The position numbers and the translations under genes were made by a program. This document shows positions 38,887 to 51,695 of a DNA stretch of 64,000 nt, piece by piece. Numbering within the stretch: position 1 is the first letter of the stretch; each line of letters begins with the position of its first letter. Where the stretch lies: positions 23,622,001-23,686,000 of the forward strand of contig OX597822.1 in NCBI GenBank assembly GCA_951406725.2. The letters are read 5' to 3'. This stretch comes from Octopus vulgaris (Eukaryota). The notes under the pieces are model-generated. The model saw only the letters and a program-made list of their open reading frames with translations, was not told the origin of the DNA and made no database searches.

Positions 38887-40178
38887 TAGTTCATAAAATT
38901 TGCTATGAAGGCATTACAAAGAGAGGACGAACAAGGACAGACAAAGTTTAAAAATTTATGAGGATAAATTTATGATTCAATTTAAAAATTACAAATTACT
39001 ATTTACAAATTACAAAGTGTGTGATCTGAAGGAAAGCGATTTATTCAGTCCTGTTATACAACAGGGCGGCCATCACTTCCCTTATATCAACTTCAGGTGA
39101 CACTTCTGTCACTCTTACTCGAGCACTTCGTCTCCCCATCTAGGTTGGCAGAAGTACCAACTCCTTCGTTTTTAGGGGACTCACTGAGTGCTCTTGGGCT
39201 TTTACTTCTGTCTCAAATCTGGCCTCTACTGTGCCATAAGTACGGCCCCTTACTATATACTTTATGTCTTCCCATATGGAGCCAGATATTTTTCAATTTT
39301 GCACTGCTCAAAGTGCTTAAATTTCTTTGTTGAATGACAGTATGTCCTTCTTTTCAATTTTTCAACACTAGGTGAGGGTGGTATTTTTATATCAACCCCC
39401 ATCCCTTCTTTCATTTTTTCAAAAAAGCCGGAGAGCTTTTCCTTTGATAGTTCGACGTTTTCAGTAGCCACCGCGGTACTGCTGAAAATTTCTTAACAGG
39501 CTCTTCCAGTGAATTTTTCTCTGAAAATATTTCGACCGACATATTCATTCGAAATAAATTTATACACAACTTAATCCCAGAAAACGGGAAACCTATAATT
39601 TTTTACATCTTTTTTCTCTCAACGAGGACAACAGTTCAAATCCCAACCCCCGCTGGGGGCGAGACGTAACAACAAAGTCTACAACGGTCGAAATTAAATT
39701 TTTCACACAATAATAAAAATACGGTATCCCCCAAAAAGGGAAACCTATAATATGTTTTATTTTTTATTTTCCTCACAACGAGGTGCCACAATAAAGCCTA
39801 GAACGGCTAGAATTAAATTTTTCACACAATAATAAACTGATTATCCCCCAAAACGGGAAACCTATAATATTTTTTTCCTCTTAATGACGATAACAGTTCA
39901 AATCCCACCCCCGCTGGGAGGCTGGGAGGGAGCCACGACAATAAAGCCTACAACGGCTTTAACCAGTTCAATATTTCAACAATGCACAACTGCAAAATTG
40001 ACTTTACACAAAGAATTACTTTCTCCCATCACCAGGATGGGAAATTTTCAAGGTTTAACAGTTCAACAATGTTTAACAGTTCGAAAATGTTCAACAATAA
40101 ACAGTCAACAGAAAAATTATCCAACGTTCAGCAAAACGTTTGACTCACCGCCAAAAACACACGTCTAAACACGAGACA
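38887..40178 (-). mobile_element. ORF1-only Tx1/L1-like retroelement with a 16-bp TSD
   Basis: TSD GGTAAGCAAGCTACTT 38871-38886 / GGTAAGCACGCTACTT 40179-40194; 5' UTR has internal tandem duplications at 39570-39960; SINE-A-like tail. Confidence 0.8.
39020..39471 (-). pseudogene. Tx1/L1-like ORF1 N-terminal half with stops and a frameshift
   Basis: Manual translation YIVRGRTYGTVEARF...LVLLPT*MGRRSARVRVTEVSPEV. Confidence 0.7.
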
Positions 40179-40194
40179 GGTAAGCACGCTACTT

Positions 40195-41030
40195 TATTTC
40201 ATTTTATTTGCCATAAAGGCAGTATACAGAGTAGCTGTGGGCTAGACAAGACATTAGTGAGGCGAATGATAATAATACAAGATGATAAAGATGGGAGAAA
40301 ACAGAAAGCGCCCGCCGACCCTCTTCTTATTCTCTTTTGCGACCCCCTGCTTCTTCTCTCTTGTGGCCTGCAGGTATTCCTGCAACCATCAATCGGAGCC
40401 AAAATAAAGTAATCTGTATTCCTCCTTTGGGAAGGATCTTGACCTGTGGAAAAAAATCTTTTCTTTCCAGTACCAGTGCAGTCACCTGCGAAGGCCACTC
40501 TGGGCTGTCAATAAAAATCGGGTCCATCAGAACCCGACAATCAAGATTATTCTCCACATACTCCTCAATCGCCCCTCCCCTGCGATAGAGGAATACAAAT
40601 TCCTCATCACTTTCATTGAGAGGGAACTCAAATACCTCGCTCGGTGGCACATATCCCACCGAGAAGGTTTCCTTCTTCTTCCCGTCCGGTGGCACACATC
40701 CCACCGTTTTTCTTTTTCTTCTTCTTTCTTTTCTCCTTTGCGACGGGAAGGTGGAGTTCCTCCGACATGTCCGGGGGTCCCTCCTCCCCTCCCGTCACCT
40801 CAGGGTCCACCGGTGGGCAACCATTGTTGCCACCTTCTTTCTCTTAGTACCTTTTCTCAAGGAGGTTACCTCCTCCTCGACTTTCTCCCTCTCTCCCTCC
40901 AATGAAGGAGCAGGAGGCTCCGTTGGGGGAACAGTGGGTTTACAGTCATCAATCAACTGTTCCAGGTCCTTCGCCTGGGTCCAGTAACAGTTCTTCTTCA
41001 TGTGCCCTGATTCCAGCACAGGTAACACTT
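40195..41030 (-). mobile_element. 5'-truncated ORF1-only retroelement stacked at the same site
   Basis: Frameshifted knuckle CYLCLESGHMKKNC near 40985-41027, ORF1 C-terminal region, then the tail CTTTATGGCAAATAAAATGAAATA abutting the TSD. Confidence 0.75.
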
Positions 41031-41034
41031 ATTT

Positions 41035-41133
<99 letters not shown>

Positions 41134-41139
41134 AAATAG

Positions 41140-41747
41140 AGATATAACAAGGCTCCAATGTTTGCTGGAAATAGCAGTCGATGATACGACGCTATATAAA
41201 GTTTCCCTGAAATGTATACTGGCAAAGATGTATGCGGGCAGCGAATTTTAAAAAATGTCCTCTTACCTCAAGAAAGAGCATCGGAAAATGGACAACCTAA
41301 AATGAATAATCTAGGACCCGAGTTTCGGACTTTGCAAAATACGTTTGTTATCGTAAATTTGATTAGTCTTCATCAGCTAGATTTACCTGAGACGAAATTT
41401 GAAAACATCGCTACATCTTGCCAATATATTCGGCTCAACGCCTAGCCGTTAACAGAACTGAGGTGAGTGAAAATGTTTTCTATAAAAATTTTAAATATCA
41501 TTGCAATACAATATAATACAATAGAATCACTTTTCAGCCAAATAAAGCACCGTAAAGGTAGAATAATAATAAATGATAATAATAACAATATTAAATAGCG
41601 TCATATCGTTATCGATTGCTATTTCCAGTAAACATTGGTGCCTCGTTGTATTGCTATTTTTTATTTATCATTCTAGCTTTATGGTGCTTTATTCGGCTGA
41701 AAAGTGATTCTATTGTATTCTATTGCAATGATATTTAAAATTTTTAT
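41140..41747. mobile_element. Partial-tandem plus inverted repeat element (PLE-like architecture)
   Basis: 41482-41575 is inverted against 41660-41747; 41143-41195 is inverted against 41595-41650. Confidence 0.6.
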
Positions 41748-41761
41748 ACACACACGTACAT

Positions 41762-42002
41762 ATTCTTTTATTCTTTTACTCGTTTCAGTCATTTGACTGC
41801 GGCCAAGCTGGAGCAACGCCTTTTAGTCGAACAAATCCACCCCAGGACTTTGTAAGCCTAGTACTTGTTCTATCGGTATCACTTGCCGAACCAGTAGGTT
41901 TCGGGGAGACACCAACATCGGTTGTCAAGCAATGGTGGGGAACAAACACAGACACACATATGCATACATACATACATACATACATGCATATATACATACA
42001 TA

Positions 42003-42070
<68 letters not shown>

Positions 42071-42220
42071 CGACGGGCTTCTTTCAGTTTCCGCCTACCA
42101 AACCCGCTCACAAGGCTTTGGTCGGCACGAGCTTATGTAGAAGACACATTCCCAAGGTACCACCTAGTGGGACTGAACCCGGAACCATGTGGTTGGGAAG
42201 CAAACTTCTTACTACACAGT
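41762..42220 (-). mobile_element. SINE-B copy
   Basis: Tail, body, internal (CATA)/(CA)/(TA) and head present. Confidence 0.85.
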
Positions 42221-42245
42221 GACATATTACATATATTTATGTATA

Positions 42246-42279
<34 letters not shown>

Positions 42280-42354
42280 CAAAGCTGTCCAGCGAACGGT
42301 AACGTGAAACTCTGTGTAACAGTGTTTGTGATATTTTTGCTACTTTATAATAAA

Positions 42355-42388
<34 letters not shown>

Positions 42389-42484
42389 CGGGAAGCTTTA
42401 TGAAAATAAACAAAAGACGAAGGCAGGTGGAGTACAAACAAACAATTGTCTTAGTTTGGCGCTCAGGAATATAAATAAAACAAG

Positions 42485-42522
42485 TCTTTTACGTTTCGAG
42501 CCTACGCTCTTCAACAGAAAGA
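42485..42522 (-). ncRNA. Minimal hammerhead motif, A6U variant
   Basis: TCTTT-CTGTTGA-A-GAGC GTAG GCTC-GAAA-C-GTA-AAAGA; perfect stems I and II. Confidence 0.65.
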
Positions 42523-43276
42523 TACACAGAAAAGAAACACGGAGAGAAACAAGGAGAGAAAAAATGCGTGCAGAAGCTAGCGATTCAACATGGCGATTCT
42601 GGCCAGAAGTCAGAGACCAAACATGAGACGCAAGAGCGAAAATAGGGGAGATAACAGGGTCAAATGACTTCGCCCCAACATAATGGTGCGTGTGTGTATG
42701 AGAGAGTATGTGGTGCGTATGAAAGGTCTGGACGAGCGTATGTATGTATGATGTGATGTGTAATGTCGTATGGTGTAGTGTAGAGAGGGGAGATGAGAGG
42801 GAGAGTGAGAGAGAGTGGAGGAGGGGGGAGGGGGAGGAGGGGGATATGAGGGTGAGATGGGAGGAGAGATGAGGGGGAGGGGAGGGTGAAAGGGGGAGAG
42901 GGGAGGAGAAGGAGAGAGGAGGGAGGAGGGAGAAGAGGAAAGGTGAGAGTGAGGGAAGGGTGAGAGGGGGAAAGAAGGAAGGGGGTGAGGGTGAGATGAG
43001 ATGAGGGCGAGGGGGAGAGGGGGAGAAGGAAAGAGAAGAGGGGAGGGGGAAGGGGGAGAAGGAAGGAGAGGAGAAGAGGAGGGGATGGAAAAGGAGGGGA
43101 GAGGAGGAGGGGAGGATAGGTGGAGAGAGAAGGGGAGTGAGGGAGCAGAGAGAAAGAGAGAAGGGGAAGAGGGAAGAAAGAAGAAGAAAGAAGAGAAGGG
43201 AAGAAGGGAAGAGGAGGGAAAGAGAGTAGGGGTGAAAAGATGAAGGACCGAAGAGAAGCAGGAGTCGGGGGGGAGG

Positions 43277-43920
43277 TTAGATGAGGAGGGGAGAGTTGAG
43301 ACCAAATGGCGTAAAAGAGCGAAGAGAGAAGATTAATCCTTGTTCACGGCGCAAACGGGAATCCGGATGGCCTCTGTGCAAGGACAAACGAACACAGACA
43401 GGTGTTGCAAGGAGTGACCGGTGGAGCGGAAATGGCGTGAGACCGGTGTGTCGTTGGCAAGGCGGATGTCACGGAGGTGTTCCGCGAACCGGTCAGTCAA
43501 GCGGCGTCCCGTTTGTCCGATGTACAGGGAATGGCAGAGAGAGCAAGAGATGCAGTAGATGATATTACTGGAGGTGCAGGTGAAGAAGTTGATGATGCGA
43601 TAGGGTCGATGATGGGTGCCAGTGAGGAGGGTGGTGTTGGAGAGGTAAGGGCAAGTGTGACAACGTGGGCGGGAGCAGGGGAACGAGCCAGGTTGGGAGG
43701 TAGGGTCAGGGAAGGAGCTGTGGACCAAAAGGTCTTGTAGGTTATGGGCTCGTTTGAAGGAGGGGAGGGGTCGGTTAGGGAAGAGGTGTGAAGTGGACGG
43801 GTCGGACTGGAGATGCCGGAAAGCTCGAAGAATGGTGCGTTGGAGAGGTAGGGTCGTGGGGTGGTAAGTGAGGGGAAAAGGGAGGCGGGAGACTACAGGG
43901 CGGGTTCGTGGGGAGGGATG
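43277..43920 (-). pseudogene. PLE RT-thumb/linker and GIY-YIG endonuclease fragment (one frameshift)
   Basis: LTYHP, CSRPRCHTC, FTCTSSNIIYCISCSLCHSLYIGQTGRRLTDRFAEH, PVSRHF, C-terminal PFGLN. Confidence 0.88.
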
Positions 43921-44194
43921 AACAATTGTATTAAGACGTACAACAGTCTTTGTTCACAAAGGACAACAAAAAGCAACAATGGCAGAAAGGTGAATTAACG
44001 CAAGACGCAGATCCAATTTTAAAAAATCTCTTGCTTACGGCTATGTATTAAAATCACGAATCTATGAGAAAATTTTTGTATGAGGTCTAAACCAGTCAAT
44101 GATTAATATATACATATATTTGATCGTACATTATTTATTCGATTAGATAATAGGTAGACGTAGAAAAGTACACTTTTTTCATCTATCAATCTAT

Positions 44195-44339
<145 letters not shown>

Positions 44340-45057
44340 TTACTTATTTATATATTTATATATATATGCACGCACGCACAAATCTATCTATCAATATATC
44401 TATCTATCTCTCTGTCTGTCTTTCTGTCTCTGTCTGTCTGTCTGTCTGTCTCTATCTCTCTCTCTCTCTATATATATATATATACATATACACACATATA
44501 CATATCATATATTATATATATTTACAGTCAATTAATTGACTCATAGCAGACTTGCAGTTCCAGTTGAAATAACCGTTTCCTTTCGTTTCATTTCGTTCAA
44601 AATCTTTATTGGACTGGTGAAGGTCAGTCGACGAAGAAAGGTCTTGGTGGAATCGACTTAGAGTATTTCATAATCATATTTATTTATCGATCGGGCATCA
44701 CCTATCCTAACCTCGTATTTCTCATACAATGGCTCTTACATTCAGCTGTCTTGTGTTAATCGTTCTATTCACATTCATAAGTCTTTATTCTTTAAACGGA
44801 ACTAGTTCTTTTCACCCGTAACTATTACGATCACGGTTTTCTCCCTTTAATAAATGGTCTTCTTAGTGTATATTAAGTCAATCAATAGTGTTGGTTTATA
44901 TATTTTTAATTGGGCAGAAAATTCTGCGATATTTGTGCTTCTATTTTTGGTTTTAAAAGTTTCTTCTCCATCAGAATTCAGCTAATGTTAAGTGATAGCA
45001 GCAACGCTCATTGCCTACTCTTCCAGATATGCCAAAACATTGGTAGAAACAGAAATA

Positions 45058-45478
45058 TATTTCTTTACTACCCACAAAGGGCTAAACATAGAGGGGACAA
45101 ACAAAGACAGACACACGGATTAAGTCGATTACATCGACTCCAGTGCGAAACTGGTACTTTATTTATCGACCCCGAAAGAATGAAAAGCAAAGTGGACCTC
45201 GGCGGAATTTGAACTCAGAACGTAAAGACAGACGAAATACCTATTTCTATTTCTTTACTACCCACAAGGGGCTAAACACAGAGAGGACAAACAAGGACAG
45301 ACAAACGGATTAAGTCGATTATATCGACCCCAGTGCGTAACTGGTACTTATTTAATCGACCCCGAAAGGATGAAAGGCAAAGTCGACCTCGGAGGAATTT
45401 GAACTCAGAATGTAGCGGTAGACGAAATACCGCTAAGCATTTCGCCCGGCGTGCTAACGTTTCTGCCAGCTCACCACC
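45058..45478 (-). mobile_element. Two nested SINE-A copies
   Basis: The tail of one copy joins GGTATTTCGTC in the head of the other at about 45240. Confidence 0.85.
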
Positions 45479-45814
45479 GCTATAACTGCTATATCTGTTT
45501 CTAAGCAGTTATGATACACCATTTGTGTGTCATATTAAATGTATGTACACTGTTGAAAGGCATAAAGCTGTGAGCTCTATCTGAGAGAGACTTTCTTTAT
45601 AGATACGTCGTGTTACAAACACTATATGTCTATGACGAGGCTTTCTCCTCAGAGACATGCATATCAAAATGAGGCGAGCATCAATGCAGAAGTAATTCAA
45701 GACAACGACAGATTCGGTTCCCTCTGCTTAGATCTTGTCAATGTCGTACACCCATTCGTCGTTTGCTATGACGAAATAATAATGCGTCAAGAGATAGGTA
45801 ACAGCGAATAAGTC

Positions 45815-46025
45815 TTCCTAATATAGGCACAAGGCCTGACATTTGGGAAGAAGGGGGTTAGTCAATTTCATCGACTCTAGTACTCGAGTGGTACTTATTT
45901 TATCAACCTCGAAAGGAACAAAGGGAATGTCGACCTCGGCGGAATTTGAACTCAGAGCCTAAAGCTGAGAAATGTCACTAAGCATTTTTTTCTGGCGCGT
46001 TAACAATTTTGCCAGCTCGCTACCT
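45815..46025 (-). mobile_element. SINE-A copy
   Basis: GTCGACCTCGGCGGAATTTGAACTCAG. Confidence 0.8.
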
Positions 46026-46054
46026 TAAAAAAATCAAGTTATAATACATTCATT

Positions 46055-46378
46055 ATAGCGTGGTAGATGTTTGTAAGCCATTTAAAAACACACAAAAACC
46101 GTTAGTTTCACTTCAACATTTAAATTTAATTTGTGTCAAAATATTTTCGTCGCTTTGAAATCTTGAAACCGCGTCTTGTTCACTGACAAAACTTCGTGCT
46201 GGCCGCGGTTTCTAAACGACGAAAATATCTTGACACAAATTAATTTTAAATGTTGAAGTGAAGCTAACGGTTTTTGTGTGTTCTTAAATGGCTTACAAAG
46301 ATCTTCCATGTTGGAATTGTTTTTGTTTCAGTACACGATCTCAGATCAAGTCACTTTCTATGCAAGTACATCTCCGTA
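46055..46378 (+). mobile_element. Fold-back pseudo-LTR-like insertion with a 12-bp TSD
   Basis: AATACATTCATT at 46043-46054 and 46379-46390; arms about 46060-46173 and 46204-46310; unpaired 3' tail. Confidence 0.8.
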
Positions 46379-47129
46379 AATACATTCATTGTTATCGAGG
46401 GAAGCTTACTGGACTACATGACACTGACAAGCCCCAAGTAGGATGAAACGTGTCTGTCGTTCTTATATTTCACTACCGCGGTGATCGCATCATTCTGATA
46501 TAGTGTTTTTAACACAATATGGCTATGAATAGATTTTATCTCCGATAAAACCGCAGCATCGTGTATATACATTTAGGATGATACACATATGGCTATTCTA
46601 ATTTGATGCTGTTTCAGTTAAATTCACTGAGATTTTTTACAGCCCAACAAGCTTTCCACAAAACCAGCAATTGTATTATTCACAATTCCTTACATATTGA
46701 AGCGCGAATTTCGTTTTAGAGAGTGACAAACGGGTGCACGGTATTGACAAAAGGGTGCATGGTATTGACTAGTTTCAAGTAGGGTAAAATGTGTCTGTTG
46801 TTCTCGCTAGTCATTGCTGCAACGATGTTCACCTCATGCCAATTTACATTGTGCTTTTAACACAAAATGTGTATGAAGAAATTCTCTTTCAGACGAAAAC
46901 CATCACATCATACCTTTTCACTGTGTATATACATTTAGAATTGATGCACAGATGGTGAAGAACCTCAGTATGCCATAATGAAATTCCCAATGCGGAACAT
47001 TTCGTTAGAGTGTAATCAGACTAAACAGAAATCTGACAGATTCACCATGTTGGTGTTAAAGATCAGATATAAACGTTTCATTGGTTATCTCAGAGCCAGA
47101 AAGCTGATCAAGTAAGGCCAATAAATATT

Positions 47130-47552
47130 GATTTCAAATTTTAGCACAAGGCTAGCAATTTCGGGGAAGGGTTAATTCGATTACATTGACAACTGGTATT
47201 TATTTTATCGATCGCTGAAAGAATGAAAGGCAAAGTTGACCTCGGCGACATTGAAACTTAGAAATTAGAACGTAAAAACGGACGAAATGCTACTAAGCAT
47301 TCTATCCGGCATGCTAACGATTCTGCCAGCTCGCCGCCTCAGAGCCAATAAATATTGATTTGAAATTTTGGCTGAAGGCCACTAGTTTCGGGCAGTGGGT
47401 AAGTCGGTTACATCGACCCCAGTGCTCAAATAGTTATTTTATCGACGACAAGAATGAAAGAATGGGCGAAATTTGAACTCAGAACGTAAAGACGGACGAA
47501 ATGCCGCTAAGCATTCTACCCGGTATGCTAACGATTCTGCCAGCTCGCCGCC
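47130..47552 (-). mobile_element. Two tandem SINE-A copies
   Basis: Heads end at about 47339 and 47552. Confidence 0.8.
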
Positions 47553-47657
47553 TTAAGATCAATAAAGCGTAACAATTCAAAAACAAATAGACAAATGAAA
47601 CGAAAATAACCCAATGATATCGTCAGCATGATAGTAAATATATCAGGCAAGGACATA

Positions 47658-48140
47658 TAGTAATCCTTCGCTATATCGCGGTTCACCTATCGCGGTTCAC
47701 CTATAGCGGTTTATTATTTAAGCTTACGTCGATTTCTCCGTGGTGTTGTTTTGCATTTAAAATAAAGCTTATTAAATTTTTTTTTTACCATAAGGTTCCG
47801 GGTTCATTCCCACTGTGTGGCACCTTGGGTAAGTGTCTTCTACTATAGCCTCAGGTCAACTAAAGCCTTGTGAGTGGATTTCGTAGACGGAAACTGAAAG
47901 AAGCCCATCGTATATATGTATATATATATGTGTGTGTATATTTGTGTGTCTGTGTTTGTCCCCCCAGCATCGCTTGACAACCGATGGTGGTGTGTTTACG
48001 TCCCTGTAACTTAGCGGTTCGGCAAAAGAGACCGATAGAATAAGTACTAGGCTTACAAAGAATAAGTCCTGGGGTCGATTTGCTCGACTAAAGGCGGTGC
48101 TCCAGCATGGCCGCAGTCAAATGACTGAAACGAGTGAAAG

Positions 48141-48195
<55 letters not shown>

Positions 48196-48276
48196 TGCTC
48201 TTTCTGCTTCGGGGATTTTCACGTATCGCGGTTTTTTTTTAAGAACGTAACACCCGCGATAGTCGAGGGATTGCTG
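47658..48276. mobile_element. pogo/Tigger-like MITE containing a SINE-B (47788-48142)
   Basis: TA flanks; TIRs TAGTAATCCTTCG.TATATCGCG / CGCGATAGTCGAGGGATTGCTG. Confidence 0.7.
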
Positions 48277-48652
48277 TAATGGCGGTTATGGTGGTGTTGT
48301 TGTTTCTCATTTTATTGGTGTAGAGTTGGTGTTGGTGGTCAAATAATGCAGAACAGGAGAGTGCTGTAGTGTAATGTAATACCGTATGTGTGTGTGTGTG
48401 TGAAGAAATGATGCATTGGTTAGCTTAAAAAGGTTTTTCAAATATTAATATAAGAGTTCAAGCGGTGTTTAAGTCCCCGAGAGCTAAGAGCTAACATAAC
48501 CGGTTGTTGTGAGGAGTCTTTAAGTGTTTAAAGTGCTTGTTGAACAGACTCCAAAATACACCTTCTGCAGGAGAGGAGAGGGTGACGACGAGGAAGGAGA
48601 GAAGTGAGAAGTATAAATATTAGCAATGTTTGTGTTATAATAATGATTAGCT

Positions 48653-48702
<50 letters not shown>

Positions 48703-49199
48703 AAGAGAGAGACAGGAGAGAGAGAAAGAGGGAGAGAGAAAGAGGGACTGAGGGAGGGAGAGAGAGAGGAGAGAGAGATGTTACTAAGGATTATTAAGTT
48801 GTAATACTGTAAAATGCGATGGGGTCAAGAGATAAAATGGTGGACTATTCAGGGGGAAATGCTGTTATCTCGGTCACTTATAAGCCATGAGCTCTGGGAC
48901 TCGTGACACAATGTCCGGAGGTTGTCGTTGTTATTGTTGTTGTTGATAATTATGATGATGGTGATGATGACGATGACAACTATGGTGACTATGATGACGA
49001 TTATAATTATGATGCTGACGACGACGACGATGATGATAATGATGACGAAGATAATGACGATAACGATGACAATGATGATAACGCTGACGACAACGATCAC
49101 GACGATGATGTTGATGATGACGATGAGAATGATAACGCTAACGACGACGTCGACAGCGACGATTACTATGACGACGACGTTGATGATTATGATTTTTTA

Positions 49200-49472
49200 A
49201 ATTCTTTTTCTTGTTTCAGTCATTTGACTGCGGCCATGCTGGAGCACTGCCTTTAGTCGAGCAAATCGACCCCAGGACTTATTCTTTGTAAGCCTAGTAC
49301 TTATTCTATCGGTCTCTTTTGCTGAACCGCTAAGTTACGGGGACGTAAGCACACCAGCATCGGTTGTCAAGCAACGTTGGGGGGGGGACAAACACAGACA
49401 CAAGCATATACACACATACATGCATGCATACATACATACATACATAAATACATACATACATACATACATACA

Positions 49473-49550
<78 letters not shown>

Positions 49551-49632
49551 TTGGTGAAATGGTCCCTTTGCATACTGAACACTTGGTGAAATTGATTAAT
49601 AATTAATTAATTTTACCCTCAATTGTTGAAAT

Positions 49633-49667
<35 letters not shown>

Positions 49668-49833
49668 ATACACATATATACGACGGGCTTCTTTCAGTTT
49701 CCGTCTACCAAATCCACTCAGAAGGATTTGGTCGGCCCGAGGCTATAGTGGAAGACACTTGCCCAAGGTGCCACGCAGTGGGACTGAACCCGGAACCGTG
49801 TGGTTGGTAAGCAAGCAACTTACCACACAGCCT
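49200..49833 (-). mobile_element. Full-length SINE-B with an expanded internal microsatellite
   Basis: Near-consensus tail, body and head. Confidence 0.88.
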
Positions 49834-50229
49834 ATAATGATAAAATTATTACTGTGGTCCACTCAATCCTCTACATATTTCTTCTCCCTGTCAAGTTTTA
49901 AACTTTCGACTTTGTGGCAGGGCAAGCAATTGTCAGTTGGGCTACTTTTAAACATATCTAATGAAGGACGCAGGCTTAGCCTAGTGGTGAAAAGTTCGTT
50001 TCCCAGCCAATGTGTCGCACATTCGATCCCATCGCAGGACATCTTCGGCAAGCACCTCGGGTCAATCCAGCTCCTGTGAGTGAAACTAAATAGCTGGAAA
50101 CTTCTAGGAAGCTCCTCGTATGGATTGTAAGGTGAAACAAAGAGATTATCTTGTGACATATATCATTCTGATTCTGCTTGAAAAATACACGCAGTGGGGG
50201 GAGGGGGAGTATATGCCTGTGGAATACTC

Positions 50230-50289
<60 letters not shown>

Positions 50290-50726
50290 GCAAGTGTGTG
50301 TGGTGTGTGTGATATTGGTTTCAATTTTTGGTACAAGGCCAACAATTTTGTGGGATGGTATAAGTCGATATCATCGACCCCAGTATTCAACTGGTATTTA
50401 TTTTATCGACTCCGAGAGGATGAAAGGCTAAGTCAACCTCGGCAGAATTTGAACTCGTATACATATCTTTTACGTTTTACGTGTTTCGGTCATTGGAGTG
50501 TAGTCATACTGGGGCCACAATCTTGAAGGGCTTTAGTCGAACAAATTGATTCTCCCTTCAGTCTTGTCCTATTCTGTCAGTCTCTTTTGCTGAAGCTAAG
50601 TTACAAATCAACACGCACGCACATATCAAAAACAAAAAGGTAGGACGAAAAGTCTTTGAGCAGTACCGATATTATGAAAGGTTAATTATGCTTCTCATAA
50701 CTAACGAGTATAGTAATAGATTAACA

Positions 50727-51092
50727 CTAGCACTATGACCCGGCAACGCCGGGTCATAGTGCTAGTGCATGCATATAGAGCCGCGTGCGTGCGCACATAC
50801 ACGCGAGTAATGTCCAAATATCCGACCAATCACATACAGCTAGCTGGCATTCAATTGGCGTATCAAGTGTCGGGCATTTTGATTGGGTTTTGGATAGAAA
50901 ATTCTTAAAAAAGTCACTTCTATTGATTTTTTAATGGCTTTGTGGGGGGACTGGGGAAATGTAAAGATGTGCATGACCACCCTTGGATGGTTTTGAATGA
51001 CCATAGAAAGTGCGAGCCCTCTAACTGAAAAATTGTGGATTTGTATAAAGGATACACACACAGACAGATATTTTGCCGTTTATATATAGAGA
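50727..51092 (-). mobile_element. Non-autonomous Helitron-like element
   Basis: Minus strand starts A|TC, ends in a GC-rich hairpin then CTAG|T; no TSD. Confidence 0.7.
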
Positions 51093-51465
51093 GATACACA
51101 GTCAACCAACAACTAATATACAATAGTACAAAAATAACCAAGAGCCACTTTACTCTCGTTTTCCCCCCCTTTATTTACAAAGAGATCTGGACTCCATCTC
51201 GTAGACACCGACAGCAAAGCTTAAAGACCATCGGCATCAAAGGATGCAGATGTGCTAGGAACTGGTGTATCTCGACTGAGTCCTCCTATACTACACCTTA
51301 CGTATAACCTGAAGAGCGTGGAAACTACGCTGATGGTAGTGTTTCGTTGTTGCAGCCGTGCTCGATACTCCAATCATCTCAAAAAAAGGTTCGCCGTCAG
51401 TTTTGTGATACCAATGAATTCATATCTTGACTTCTGTAAACATGGATTATATTAGGGGTGGGGAA

Positions 51466-51695
51466 GGCGACGAGCTGGCAGAAACGTTAGCGCGCCGGGC
51501 GAAATGTTTAGCGGTATTTCGTCTGTCGTTACGTTCTGAGTTCAAATTCCGCTGCGGTCGACTTTGCCTTTCATCCTTTTGGGGTCGATTAAATAAGTAT
51601 CAGTTACGCACTGGGGTCGATGTAATCGACTTAATCCCTTTGTCTGTCCTTATTTGTCCCCTCTGTGTTTAGCTCCTTGTGGGCAGTAAATAAAT
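51466..51695 (+). mobile_element. SINE-A copy
   Basis: Consensus head to tail. Confidence 0.88.

Larger units (their letters stand above)
42388..43920 (-). mobile_element. 5'-truncated Penelope-like retroelement (Neptune-like)
   Basis: GIY-YIG ORF end, C/T-rich 3' UTR, pseudo-LTR with HHR at 42485-42522. Confidence 0.85.

Noticed and set aside
41021-41030. Third TSD copy (GGTAACACTT)
   Set aside because: It is also the coding sequence of the zinc knuckle, and the remaining SINE head is absent, so it cannot be counted as a TSD.
42780-43290. Separate G-rich regulatory island
   Set aside because: It lies between the PLE stop codon and its pseudo-LTR; it is the element's expanded 3' UTR.
51309-51340. 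Hammerhead at CTGAAGA-GCGTGG..CTACGC
   Set aside because: The GAAA box after stem II is absent.
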